Below, piece after piece: positions 24,047 to 37,110 of a stretch of DNA of 64,000 nucleotides (the first letter of the stretch is position 1; each line of letters opens with the position of its first letter). The position numbers were made by a program, and so were the translations under genes. The notes below the pieces were generated by a model, which worked only from the letters and a program-made list of their open reading frames with translations, was not told the origin of the DNA and did not search any database. Origin of the DNA: Dimorphilus gyrociliatus (Eukaryota; Animalia; Annelida); NCBI GenBank assembly GCA_904063045.1, contig CAJFCJ010000012.1:2428810-2492809 (forward strand). Direction: 5' to 3'.

Positions 24047-27009
24047 TCACGTTTGAACAAGTTCTATTACTTCTTCTTGTTCTTTTTCTTGATCTTCTAT
24101 TAATATAGATTTCGTTGGGCTGTAGCAATAATCCCTTCTGTATTTGTGACCTCCACAGCCATGACAATAAACAAACAGTTTTGCTAGAATATTCTTCCAG
24201 CTAAGGGTGAGCAATATCGAAAATAAACATAGCATTACTAAAGCACTAATACAACCCATTGCAACAGATATAAAGATCATTAGCGAAAATCTTCTCAAGG
24301 CGTGAATATCTGTACAATACGATATAAGGCTTGTGCCAATAGACGTTAAGGCTGCAAGACAAACAGCCATACCGATCCTATCCACAGTAGCCTGAACTCT
24401 GTAGAAAGGTTGATCGGTTAAATTCGATGTATCGAGTTTAGCTTGTAGAACTGAAATATGCAATATAAAGTCAACACTTAAACCGGCTCCCAAAGCCAGA
24501 CAGACTGTATCGCTAACGCCTATCTTCCAGTTCATTAGGGCCAGAACAGATATAGTAATTAGAACGGAAGAAGCCAAACTTGTAATAGATATAACAGAAA
24601 TACATAGTTTTCTGGTAGATAAGATTAATACTATCGCTGTACCTGAAAGGGCAATTGCCAAAGACGAGCCCACACCTGTTAAGAGTGTTCTCTGAAGGTC
24701 GAACAATTCGAACTTTGACCAAAAAAAACCGTATCTTAACTTTCCTTTTTTGGAATTTTTAACCCAAAACGCTTGCACCTTACGATAGAATTGCGCAATT
24801 TCGTTATAAGCAGGTGTAAAGTCTTGATTCGTGATGAAACTATAAGAAAATATCGACGATGAGTAATTATCTCCATGAGCAAAATTTCCTAATTGATGTC
24901 CTAATAGTTTGTTTTCTATTAAAAAATTTAATTGTCTTTCATAGCAATTCTCAAAGAATTTATAGCCATTCAATAATTTCCAGTTACAACAATCTGGAGA
25001 AAAGGTTAAAGGTAATCTTGAACATTCTCTCGAACCATATTTGAGTAGTGTATCGATTAAACAAGGATAATTTGTAATATTAAATTCTTTTCTTAAACTG
25101 TAACAGAATAATTGTAAATCTCTAACAGTTTCAGGATTAAACACGTCAATTCTCTTATCAACTTTTCCAGAGATCTTATCAAGAGGTTTCAGGAAAGGAT
25201 AGCTCTTTACATCCTCAACAATTCCCCAAACGAAAGCGAGAGGCATTTTATACGTATCTACTTTGCCACGAAGATCTTGATATTTTTCGAGAAGATTATT
25301 TTCAGAGAATAAAAGTTGTCTCTTCCTATCCGATAGTTTTAATGGTCTACCCCATAATAGAATATAGCATGACCCAATTCCACACATCAAATACAGTCCT
25401 ATCCATATATACCTGAACTTGAAGATTAACTTAGAGACAAGTTGCGCAATCTTCTCAGATAACTTGACAAGTTCTACCTTTAATTTATAACGACAAATAG
25501 CCTTAATACTGTCGGGAGTTAGTCTATATTTAATGGGTTTAATGTATATTTGATGGATGCAAAGAGTCATAGGTGTCCATGTCAAAGCGAGTAAAAGGTT
25601 GAATAAGAGTCCAAAAGTTGTCATTGTTCCAAACGCGTGAATAGCCGGAATTTTTGTTGTTAGTGTAGAACCAGTGAAGGGAAGAGATTAAGAGAGAGAA
25701 AAAGGAAATTTATCATTATATTTAATTGGTAGGTCTCTTCCATTCACTAATAAATACCTAAAATGGCTATACAAGTTGAAAATGTTGAAGTTTGCAAAGA
25801 TACTATTGAAAAGCGTAAGGCATCTCTAATAGCTAATTGTAAATTTAAGTCTGGTTCTGTTCTCTTCCATGCTGCTAGTATAATGAAGACATCATCAACT
25901 CCAACTGCTAGGTGAATAACTATAGATACCAGATTAACAAATGGGAAAAATCTTATCGAAAAGACAATGCTATAGGTGAATATAGAGAAAATGATGCTCA
26001 TTAATAGTAAGAGACCAGTTGATAAGGTAATTGTTATCGATTTACTATTAAAGTATACTAGTAAAGATATGAAAATTCCACCCAGTATAGTTATCCTGGT
26101 GATAGTTTCGTTTAATCTAACGAAGAATAGATGACGATAAGTGTCAAGGCTATATTCGGTATCAAGTCTTACTCCAGCTATCGCTATATCTTTCGTATTA
26201 ATAGAATGAAATATAGAAAAATGATCTATGTACCAATTTGTTGTCTCTTCCATTGTAAAAGTTGGTTGTTTACTTGAAAATATATAAGTATATGTAGAAT
26301 TATGAAGAACGAATTTGTAAGATTCCTCAACATTTTGAAATAATTGATTAGATTGAATATTCTTTAATTGTTCTTTATCTAAATTACAACAAGATTGATT
26401 GAGAAATGATGAAACTATTACGGATATCGATGTGTAATCTTTCTTAAATAATCTCTTCCCAAATTTCTCTATTGAACATAATATCTCCCTATCTTCTAAA
26501 GATTTCCTCTTTAATTCCAATAGAATAAATGGTCTTGAATTATGAGGATTAACTAACAACGCAATAGCGGGGCAAAAAAAGAATAAAGACATTATTCATA
26601 GTAGTTAAGTAGTTAAGTACATGTATATACTTACAGTCTGATAATCCACTTCTCGGTATACGTCGTTTAAAAATATTATATTTCACTCTAATATCATTCA
26701 TTAATAGTCTAAACTTGGATAATTCTGTTCCTTGGGCGATAAATCCCTAGTTAAATTATTTAGATATGTGTTTTTATATATGCAATAGTTGTTATGTAAT
26801 AGTTAATTAACAGTCTCACATCTTCCGGTGGCGATACTTTAGGGAAATTGTACAGAATTATGAATAGAAAGAGTAAACTAAGAGAAAATATAATGCCGCA
26901 AAATTTTGTACTATTATTACAAATGAAACTGGAATAACTGTAATAATACTATTATTATATTCAATATATGATTAAAAAAAGAGGAAGAGTACCTGTTCAA
27001 GATATACAT
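24047..27009 (-). CDS. DISP: Dispatched-like 12-TM sterol-sensing-domain/RND protein, ~888 aa
   Basis: Proposed exons 26993-27009, 26820-26937, 26635-26746, 25758-26552 and 24047-25671 (2,667 nt, frame-consistent). Motifs: PPEDGFIAQGT (cf. DPxxGFEPRGT), LAVGVDDVFII (TM4 GxxxDD), MPLAFVWGI, FELFDLQRTL and GLSVDFILH (TM10). The last junction requires a TG acceptor (see findings). The start exon is the least certain part. Confidence 0.85.
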
Positions 27010-27759
27010 TCCAAATCTATACAATTCTTTATTAACCTAAAAGAATGAAGGAGAAACGTATGAATGTTCAAGTTTATTGGCTTTTCTGTATTTTATATTA
27101 TAAATATTGTTATTTTTCTTATAAAACTAATTGGTAATAAGATATTTAGAAAATATTCAAATTATTAGCTAAATATTCTTATTACACAATAAGAATAAAG
27201 AGGGAAAAAATGATATATCGCTTATAGAAGAGATATAAGAAAAAACTGCAACTAAGCCAGTTTGTTGGTAAATCCTTTCAATTTATATTTAGCGTTGACT
27301 ATAAATAAATATTTATACTCTGTTCAAACATTGTTAAAAAAGTTTTCCAATTCAACAGTGACGAACTAGTAGTGACACCTGAAATAATCAGATATTCAAC
27401 GCGATTTATAGCTATTCATATATTTAATACTAGAATAGTAATATAAATATTTCTATTGATTTATATATAAATAGCATAAGTACTTCTATATACGAATGCA
27501 ATATATGAATAGCATTTGTTCCTTCAGTTTACAACCTATTCCCTTAATTCATCTTTCCTTGTCAAATTTAACCATATATGTTACAGCATAGGAGTAACAA
27601 AGAGCATATAATAACTATATAATAGTAGATAGACTGCGGATTATTAAGTTCTCTTTGTATTAATTATAATTATTTACTGAAAAAGGTAATACATATCTTT
27701 AAAGCTTTCACAAAATATAAATTAACTTTTCTCGTTAGCTGAATTGTTCATAGGATATC

Positions 27760-30700
27760 TTAGGCCGTCAAAGCAGCAACCACAGCTGATAGAATTAGCG
27801 AAACATTAATAAATATTGCCGCAGCTCCCGCGTCACCATCGTTAAAGAAGATGTTACATTTATCTCCAACACAACATTTTTCACAAACCGTTGTACCATC
27901 CGATGTTTTCTGACAGTGTTCCTCCTTTGTTGAACTACTACATGTCACGTTTTTACATTCTCTTGTAAATGTTGTTACACCTTCCTTTTCTAATCTGGCA
28001 ACCCAACAGGCACCTCCTTTCCCGCATTCTTTTAATTTGATTGTATCAGTTTCATTGACAAAATTGGATTGTTCCTTTCCACAGTTTGCTTCATTTCCAG
28101 AACAAGTAAGACATTGGACTGTTCAAAATTCATGAGAAAAACCAGTCATATGAAGAATAATGGGATTGAATATGTATATATACTTACTTGCACATTGTCT
28201 GTCATTATCGTGAAGATGATACGCGCTTGAGCATTTATCACATTTAAAGCCATGAACACAAACTCCACAATTGGTTACTTGATTGGAACTGCACGAAATA
28301 CATTCAGTTTTATTTTCAGATAAAGTGTAGCCGGATTGACATTTGAAGCAACTTGCTTTTCCAGCAGTGTCCGCTTGTGGAGAACAATCCATGCAATTAG
28401 CGAAAGCAGATGTTGAACAATCTAATAAAACCAAAATACATTGTACCTCATTTAAGTGGTTGATGACTTTTTAAGATAATAAATAATTTATAACCTTCGC
28501 AAGCTCCTGCTATAATTGAAAATCCTTTTTTACATTTGGTACATACTGATTTATCGGATGAGGTTGCTGAGCAAACATCGCAATTAGGGGGACAAAAAGT
28601 GCACTGCTTAAAGGAATCGCCGAACAAAGCATAGTACTGTCTGCATTTCGTACAAGATATTGAACCTCTATCGATTGCACAATTTGGACAATTCTTTGGA
28701 CATTCGCTACATTGTTCTGAGCTCTTTCTGTATCCTTGCATACAATTTGAGCATACAAGAACCCCTTTATCGTCTACATCTTTACATTCTGAGCATTGAT
28801 TTGGACAAGAGTAACATTTTCTATCGGATGTTTTTCTGCCATAATTACTATCACAACTGTTAACGTCACATCCAATGACGTCATTTTCGTACGAACATTT
28901 GTTACAGTTATCAGGACAAGCTGAAATATTCATTGAAAAATTATATTCAGTAATAATTCATTCTGTTTTTTTTTCTTCAAATTTTTACCTTCACATTTTG
29001 CAGTATTAGAATTCAAAACAAATCTTCCTTTACATTTTGTACAAAGTGTACCAGTTTTATCATCGTTCAATTTACAAGTTACGCAATTTCCTTCGCAAGC
29101 TGTAAACATCATTTTTCAAAATTATAAAAAATATACTGTTACTTATGGATTATTTGACTTACGTAGACATTTTCCATCAGCAGTTGATGATGCGTAACCA
29201 GCAATACATGTTGCGCATGTTGTTACTCCTTTAGAATCAATGTTACAAGATGAACAAGGACTGTTACACGAAACACATTTGTTTCCAGATGTAAACAGTT
29301 TGTGTGTGCTCTTACATTCCTTACATTTTGTTTCTTTTGCAACATCATCCCAATCGCAATTTACGCAATTACTCGGGCAAGATATACAATTCCTACTACT
29401 GTCGAAAGTGAAACCAGAAGAACATTTAGAACATCCTTGACTTCCGTCATTTTTCAAATAACATCTCATACAAGAATCATCGCATTTTACACATGTTCCA
29501 TCGTCAGATTTTGTGATATATCCATCAATGCAACCAGTTGGAAGGCAATATGTTTGTCCGTTTTTGAAATAACACTTGTCACAGTTTGATGGACAAGCAT
29601 TACAATCAAAATCTGACCAATCAAGAGCATATCCTGATGTGCATTCTACACATTTCTTTACTGCTGCATTATCTTGAACACATTTATCACAATTACCTGG
29701 GCATTGTGTACATTCGTAACTACTGTCAGTTAAACCATAGCTACTGGCGCAATGGAATTGTAAGCATAGAGTTTCTGTATCACTTTTAGCTCGGCATTTT
29801 CCACAATTATCAGGGCATTTTAGGCAAGTCTTTTTGGTGGTAAGTTGAAGAACATGAGTGTTTTCATCACATTTTGTGCATTTGTCTACAACGTCGCCTT
29901 CTTTAATTGTACAAGAAAGACATCCATCTCCGCAAGAAACGCATGTTTTTTTATCAACACTTGGAGCGTATCCCGACTTGCAAACTTGACATTCGTTTGC
30001 TGTAATGTCGTCGGGTTTTAGTGAACAAGTGTTACAGTTGTCCATGCATCCAACACATGCTGTTCTTGCACTGTTCGTCGAAAATCCACTGTTACATTTG
30101 GAACACTCATTTACTTTTGATGCTCCTCCTCGATCAACAAGGGAACAAGTTTCACAATTTGTTTTACAACCAACACAACTCTTTTTATCATCATCTAAGA
30201 TTTTACCAGTTGGACATGAGGTACATTCGACAAGAGTTGCACCATTATGTTTGCAAGTTAGACATGAAGAAGGACATGGTTCACATTTGTTATCACCTGT
30301 ATTGAAATTAGCGTCCGATGCACAACCAGAACAGAGTGGTATAAAATCTGGTTTCCATGTACATGTTTTACAGTTATCTTCACATTTTGTGCATGTTGTT
30401 TTATCATCAGATATTAAATATCCATCATTGCATGTATCACATTTGGAGCTATCTGATGAGCAGTCTTTGCAGTTAGCCACTTGGCATGTTTTACAAGTTT
30501 TACTAGCTGTTATGAAGTTAAATCCAGCATCGCAACCAGTTGATTTACACTTCGTCTTGTCGTTAAGTTCGCAATCATTGCAATTAGCAACTGTGCAAGC
30601 TACGCAGTTGCCTGAATCGATAGCTTTTCCTTTATCGCAATCTGTGCAAGTTCCAAGAGTACCGGTAACACATAATTTACAATCAGTTGCCGTGCATGGT

Positions 30701-33700
30701 TCACATTCTTTACTACCAGCATTATATGCAGTTCCAGCATTGCAACCAGTAGATTTACACTCCGCCTTGTTGGTTAGTACGCAATCATTGCAATTAGCAG
30801 CTGTGCAAGCTACGCAGTCGTTTCCATCGATAGCTTTTCCTTTATCGCAATCTGTGCAAGTTCCAAGAGTACCGGTAACACATAATTTACAATCAGTTCC
30901 CGTGCATGGTTCACATTCTTTACTACCAGCATTATATGCAGTTCCAGCATTGCAACCAGTAGATTTACACTCCGCCTTGTTGGTTAGTACGCAATCATTG
31001 CAATCAGCAGCTGTGCAAGCTACGCAGTTGCCTCCATCAATAGCTTTTCCTTTATCGCAATCTGTGCAAACTGCAAGATCAGCGGTAACACATAATTTAC
31101 AATCAGTTCCCGTGCATGGTTCACAGATTTCAGTACCAGCATTAAATGCAGTTCCAGCATTACAACCAGAAGATTTACACTTGTCCTTGTCACCTTCTTT
31201 GCAATCATTGCAATGAGCAGCTGCACAAGCTACACAAGTGGAATCACTAGCGATAAACATAAACCCAGTTGAACAGCCGGTAGTTTTGCACTTGGTCTTA
31301 TCAGTTGGTTCACACTCATCACAATTTTGTACGGTGCATGGTTCACAAGTACCCGAATCTGTTGGTGTATATTTAGGAGCACATACACTACATTGGTCGG
31401 GATCCTTTCCTTTATAAGTACAGCTTTTGCAAGGTGAAGGACAACTGATACATTTGTTTTTCCTACTATTCACCACATAGTCATCATTACATACACTACA
31501 CGTTCCATCAGAATTACATTTGTTGCAATTATCTGGACATTTGTTACATTTGAGACCATCGCTTTGAACTCCGTATCCCGATTTACATTTCGTACATTTT
31601 CCAAGTCCCGATAGATCAGTCTTCAAACTGCATTCAATACAGTTGCTATCAATACCACTACATGCTAAACATTCAGAGTTATCTTTATTCAAGATATATT
31701 TGTCGTTGCATTTCAAGCAACCATTTGCCCAAATTCCATCTCCAGCTTCATTCGGAACACACTTGATACAATTTGAAATAGTATCGGCACAAGCTTTACA
31801 CGTTTGTAAATCGTGTTCCAAAGTTCTGCCACTCGAACATTTCTCTTCATAGCATTTTCCATTTCCATCACATTTGTCACAATTTCCGGTACAAGCGGTA
31901 CAACTATCACCATTTTTACCATATTTCTTCATGCAAACAATACATTTTGGACTGCCATCAACAATTTTACAATGAGCACAACCTTCTCCGCAGGCTGTAA
32001 AACAATATATTTCAATTATAAGTTTTCCTTGTTTTTTCTCTTTATTTGCTTTACAAATTGAAAATATGAAGACAAAGAAGACTTACATGAACATTGTCCA
32101 CTTTCATCAACAAATCCATAGTTAACTTTGCATTCAGAAGCATAGCATCGAGAGACGCCGCTGACATCTTTACACAGTTTGCAGTTTGATGGACATCCTT
32201 TAGTTGAAAAATAACAATAATGAGAATATGTCGAATAGAAGGCATTTGAAGCTTTTATATATTGACTAATTAATTGTTATCGTTTCATATTCATCATTTT
32301 TTCGGAGATTTATTTGCATGAAAATTGAACTAACCTAAACAAGTTTTATCAGAATCTTTGATGACGTATTTAGCCTCGCAGTTCGTACATTCGGCTCTGT
32401 TGTTCTTCCATTGACACGAGTTACAGTTGGATGGACATGCTTGACATTTTCCGTCACTATCTTTTATATACTTGGCTTTACACAACGTACACAATGTCGA
32501 TTTACCAGATAGAACGCAAGTGAGACAGTTTAATGGGCATTGCGTGCATGGTGTTGAACCAAAAGAAAGTTGAAAATACGATTGGCATTCAGTGCATGTT
32601 GTTCCATCTGGATTGTTGGAATCTTCCGTACATTTATTACAGAATTCTTTGCAGGTCATACAAGTTTTGTCAGCAGATCTAACAGTATAACCGACGATAC
32701 ATTCCGAACATTTGGCAACTCCATTATCATTAATGCATTTAGCGCAATTGGAAGGGCAGGATAAACATGTTCCATCACTATTTTCTACATAACGATCTCT
32801 ACATTTCGAGCAAAACGTCTTCTTTGTATCTGATTTGAAAGTACATTCGAGACAAGCCGAAGGACACGGATCGCATTTCTTTATTTCGGTATTAAGAGCA
32901 GTTCCTTTATCGCAAGATGAACAAACGAGATTATCGTTGGAATCGGCACTACAAACAGCACAATTGGAACTGCATGAAGAGCATGATTTATCAGACTTGA
33001 GACCGTATCTTTTGAAGCACTGTGAACAGACTGTAGCTGCACCACTGACTGAACAAGTTTGGCAGAAACTGGGACATTCTGAAAAATAAATGAATATGAT
33101 AAAGAAATGGAAAAGAATGTAAGATTTAAAAAAGACTTACTGATGCATTTTTTGTCATCTGTCAAAGGTGCACTATAATCGTAGCAATCGTAGCAAACTG
33201 GTTTACCATGTTTAATATTACATAATTTGCATGAATTATCTTCGGAACAGGCTGCAAGTAATTAGACTAAAAATGAAATAGTTTGACAAGAGTAAAGCGA
33301 TCTGAAAATCAAAATTCTGTTTGGCTATTGCATTCGTATTTTTAGCATTATTTTTTTGGAAATTGTAAGACATTCGGGAAAAAGTAAGTATGTAAGAGTC
33401 AGGCGAAAAAATGTGAATAGAGCTGTTTTCAATTTGACTAGTTGAAGAAATAGGTTTAAAGGGAAAAAGCTTGTATAACAAGTTTGTTTTATTGAAAGAA
33501 TGTTTCAAAACGAAGTATTACTATTTTCTTAATTTTCATGAATAATGACATCATAATCTCTTAAATTGGAAACATTGCTTGAACTTTTTTTATCTACATA
33601 AATGACTTTTGTCCATGACAAAAAAGACTATCTGTTTTTTTAAAATTAGTAATGCCATACTGATTAGGTATGAAAAATTTCTTCCATATTCTTTCATGAA

Positions 33701-34107
33701 AGATATAGACATAAGAAGAGATTCGGAATAAAAGAGAAATGTTTACCGAAGCACGTTTGAGTATCGGGATTGACAGCATAACCAATAAAACATTCAAGGC
33801 ATTTTGTAGCATCACCAGAACCACTTAAACTGCATTTCATACAGTTTGCCGTACAGTCTGAAATGACGATAGAGAATGAATGGAAATAGAATTAATGACA
33901 GAGAAACGAGGATAAAGATAATGAAAACATACCAATGCATTTCTTCTGATTACTGGATAAAACCTGATTGGAGGCGCACATTGAACACCTTAATCCTCTA
34001 TTGCTGCAACTTTCACAATTCGCTATGTCTTTACAGGCAGATGTGGTAGCGGATTGCAAGTGTTTAGCAGTAAGCCAAATTGTTATTAAAAACAGATAAA
34101 GTTTCAT
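27760..34107 (-). CDS. Array copy B: giant GPI-anchored Cys-rich + Ly6 protein (~1,740 aa), apparently intact
   Basis: Same 10-exon structure as copy A: E1 33933-34107, E4 32335-33078 (744 nt, translated by hand and open), E5 32087-32197, E6 29163-31994 (944 codons), E8 28495-28920 and E10 27760-28108. It ends CCVGDKCN...LILSAVVAALTA*. Confidence 0.88.
30598..31227 (-). repeat. Three 210-bp (70-aa) coding tandem units in copy B exon 6
   Basis: attatatgcagttccagcattgcaaccagt occurs at 30721 and 30931, an offset of 210. The unit is CTAAxCNDCVLTNKAECKSTGCNAGTAYNAGSKECEPCTGTDCKLCVTGTLGTCTDCDKGKAIDGxxCVA. Units 2 and 3 are near-identical; unit 1 is more diverged. Confidence 0.95.
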
Positions 34108-34209
34108 ATTGAACTTTATTGAACTTTTACAATTGAAAAAGTGTTTATTACAACGGGAAACTTTTAAAGCTATTTTGTCTCCTCCTTTATGTCGCTTGAG
34201 GAATCTATA

Positions 34210-34241
34210 GCGAATGAATGGTGATGTCTGAAGCTTATATA
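34210..34241 (-). promoter_or_regulatory. Putative TATA/Inr core promoter of copy B (paralogous element at 52409-52438 for copy D)
   Basis: TATATAAG on the minus strand at 34241-34234 with a TCATT Inr-like motif ~26 nt downstream and the ATG ~110 nt further on. The surrounding block (cgcttgaggaatct.tag.gaatgaatgg..gtctgaagcttatataag) is conserved upstream of D and partly upstream of C and the 36.4-kb remnant. Confidence 0.5.
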
Positions 34242-35193
34242 AGAATTTTTATCAATCTGAAACGAAAAGGCTAAATGAAAAAATTAAAGTAAAAGTGTAA
34301 ATATTGAAAATATAAACAGTAATGCGAAACAATGAATTATTAATTCCATTTTGATAGTTTGAAAGAAATGAATGATTTTGTTGTTGATTTGAAGAATACA
34401 ATAAATTGCCAATTTCTTAAGAACCTTTTATTAAAGAGAAAGTTTTTGTTAAGTTTTATTTTAGTTACCTAACAACGCCATTGTTTTTCATAATAAATTT
34501 GTTGTTTGAAAGAAATTTCCTGGTTTTATGCAACAAATGCAACTTTCTTTTTCTATCTGATTTAAAATCGTTTCCTTAGAGATTATCTACATATGTTCAA
34601 GTCTAATGAACATTTTTGCGAGTGATGTCTATTGCTATGTCTATTGATTGTTTTTTGTGATTTGTAATGCTATGCTTGTTTCGATAATTCTCAACATAAG
34701 GTGAAAGAATATTTTACAAACACTGATGGTATATTAATCGCTGTGGACATTACAAAAGCAGAAAATTAAATGCTTCTTCTTTGATTTATTATGTAATCGT
34801 AGAAATATATAAATTAGGAATAAATCTTTCTTCAACACTCTAGTTATTCGTTTAAAAGGCGACAACTACCTATCATAGATAAAGTTTCGGTGCTGCTAAA
34901 AGTATCATAAAATTAGAGCAATAGCTTTTTATATCATCAAATAACAATGAAAATCACAATTGTTCAGCGATCTTCCCTTCTATTACTTTTATTGTGTCTT
35001 CAGCAACAAATGTTACATCTTCAGATCCTGTATTTCTTACAATTGGTTTTAATGTCATTTAAATATGAGAGGTGGATAGAGAAGTATTACGAGCACATTA
35101 AAAGACTCAAAATTACCGAACACAACATAACTTAAAAACCTTCAAAAATATAAGTAGACTTATTTTCGTTATCTGAATAGTTCATCGAAGATC

Positions 35194-36335
35194 TTAGGCC
35201 ATCATATTAGCAAAGACAGCCACTAGAAGTAGCGAAATGTTAATAAAAATTGCTGCAGCTAACGCATCGCCTTCGTTGAAGAAAATGTTACATTTATATC
35301 CAACGCAGCATCTTGCGCACATCGTTGTACCGTCAGGTATTTTCTTGCACTGTTCCTCTATTGTTGAACTATCACAGGTTAGATAGAACTGAAGTTAGAC
35401 ATAATACGATTGGCAATCAATTCATGTTGTTCCATCTTGATTGTTGGAATCTTCGTACATTTATTACAGAATTCTTTGCAGGCCATACAAGTTTTGTCAG
35501 CAGATCTAATAGTATAACCATCAACACATTCTGAGCATTTGGCAACTCTATTATCATTAGTGCTTGTAGCGCAATTGGAAGGGCAGGATAAACATGTTCC
35601 ATAAGTATTTTCTACATAACGATCGCTACATTTCGAACAAAAAATAAAGAAAGTGTTTGTATTATTATAAATTGTGTTTGTTGTTGTCAGCTGTCAAAGG
35701 AGCGCTATAATCGTAGCAATCGTGGCAAACTGGTTTTCAATGTTTAATTTTACAGAATTTGCATGAATTATCTTCGAAACAGGCTGTAAATAATTGGAGT
35801 AAAAATGGAATTCTATGGCAAGAGTAAAGCGATCTAAAAAATCCAAATTTTCTTTGTGTATTGCGCTCGTGTTTTTACTGTAATTTTTGCGGGAAATTAT
35901 GAGAAATTCCGGGAAAACTTGAAGGTGAAGTTAGATGTATAGAAAAAAATGTAATAATGAGTTTAAAGGGAAAAAAACTTGTACGATATGATGATCATCG
36001 GAAGAATGTTTCAAAATAAAGTATTATTAATATATCGTGCAATTTTTTGAATACTAAAGTTATATTCTCATAAATTGAAAAAATAGCTGAAATTTCATTT
36101 ATCTGCATAAATGACTTTTTCCATGGAAAATAAAACTAGCAGTCCTTTAAACTTAAAGTAGTACAATACTTATTTGGTATGACTAATTTCTTTGATATTC
36201 TTTCATGAAGCATATGCAGATTAAACAGAAAAAAGCCTTAAGAAAAATAGATAAACATTTACCAAAGCAGGTTTTAGAGTCGGAATCTACAGCATAACCA
36301 ACAGACTGCATTGTATACAATTTGCGGTACAATCT
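35194..36335 (-). pseudogene. Array remnant psi1: internally deleted copy (3' half of exon 10 fused to mid exon 4; exon 3 and part of exon 2 kept; exon 1 and TATA lost)
   Basis: 35194-~35380 matches the GPI-tail/CCxxDKCN exon and ~35385-35640 matches E4 (CMACKNSV.., frameshifted). ~35680-35785 is E3 and ~36262-36330 is a truncated E2. About 4.6 kb is missing relative to copy A. Confidence 0.85.
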
Positions 36336-36480
36336 AAAATTAAGAGAAACAATGAATGGAAAATAGAAATAATGGTAAAGAAATGCAATTGAAAAAGAGT
36401 TTATGGCAACGGGAAACTTTTACAGCTACTTTATCTCTTCCCTTACGTCGCTTGAGGAATCTATAGCGAATGAATGTAGC

Positions 36481-37110
36481 AAATTCAACTTTCTCTTTCT
36501 ATTTGATTTATAATCGTTTCCTCACAGATTATTTACGGATGTTCAGAAAATTGAATGCTTATCATTTGACTTATTACATATTGGCAGAAATTTGTAAATT
36601 GGGATTAATTGTTACCTCAACACTTTAGTTGTTTGTTTAAAAGGCAACAACTGCAATAGATAGAGTATGTGTACAGTTAAAATTATCTTAAACTTAAGGC
36701 AATAGTTTACCTTACATCATCAAATAACAACGAACATCTAGAAGTTTTCACTTATATTTCTTTCTATTACCTACATTTAGTTTTCAGAATAAAATGTTCG
36801 ATATTCAGATCCTGCTTTTCTTAAATTACGAGAACATTAAAATACATAAATTACATAACTTTAAAATCATCACAAAATTTAAATTAACATTCTTTTCATG
36901 ATCTGAATAGTTTGTTGACATTATTAGACTTTCATAGCAGTAAAAATAGCTGCTAGAATTAGCGTAATGTTCATAAATATACCCTCAGCTCCGGCATCGC
37001 CATTGTTAAAGAATATATTACATTTATCTCCTACGCAGCATTTTTCACATGCTTTTGTACCATCAGATGCTTTCTTGCAATGTTCCTCCACTGTTGAACT
37101 ACTACATGTC
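36481..37110. repeat. Near-identical duplicated block (3' flank + exon-10 end), second copy at 52791-53420
   Basis: aaattcaactttctctttctatttgatttataatcg... is at 36481 and 52791. The stop codons at 36924 and 53234 share the same 16,310-bp offset. Confidence 0.92.

Noticed and set aside
30005-31216. 403-aa plus-strand ORF with repeats, and the many other short ORFs overlapping the array in other frames
   Set aside because: These are antisense or alternate-frame shadows of Cys-codon-rich repetitive CDS. The repeats mirror the minus-strand gene, and there are no independent splice signals or domain motifs.
19644-31227. Regularly spaced 219-bp and 210-bp repeats, superficially CRISPR- or satellite-like
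   Set aside because: They are contiguous in-frame coding modules without unique spacers, in a eukaryotic intron-containing gene, with no cas genes.
34320-35150. Recurring AT-rich spacer segments (also ~43140-44040, 44830-45720, 52500-52790, 53700-54300, 55540-55760) as a possible transposon/MITE family
   Set aside because: No terminal inverted repeats, target-site duplications or TE ORF were seen. Their positions track the array units, so they are co-duplicated flanks.
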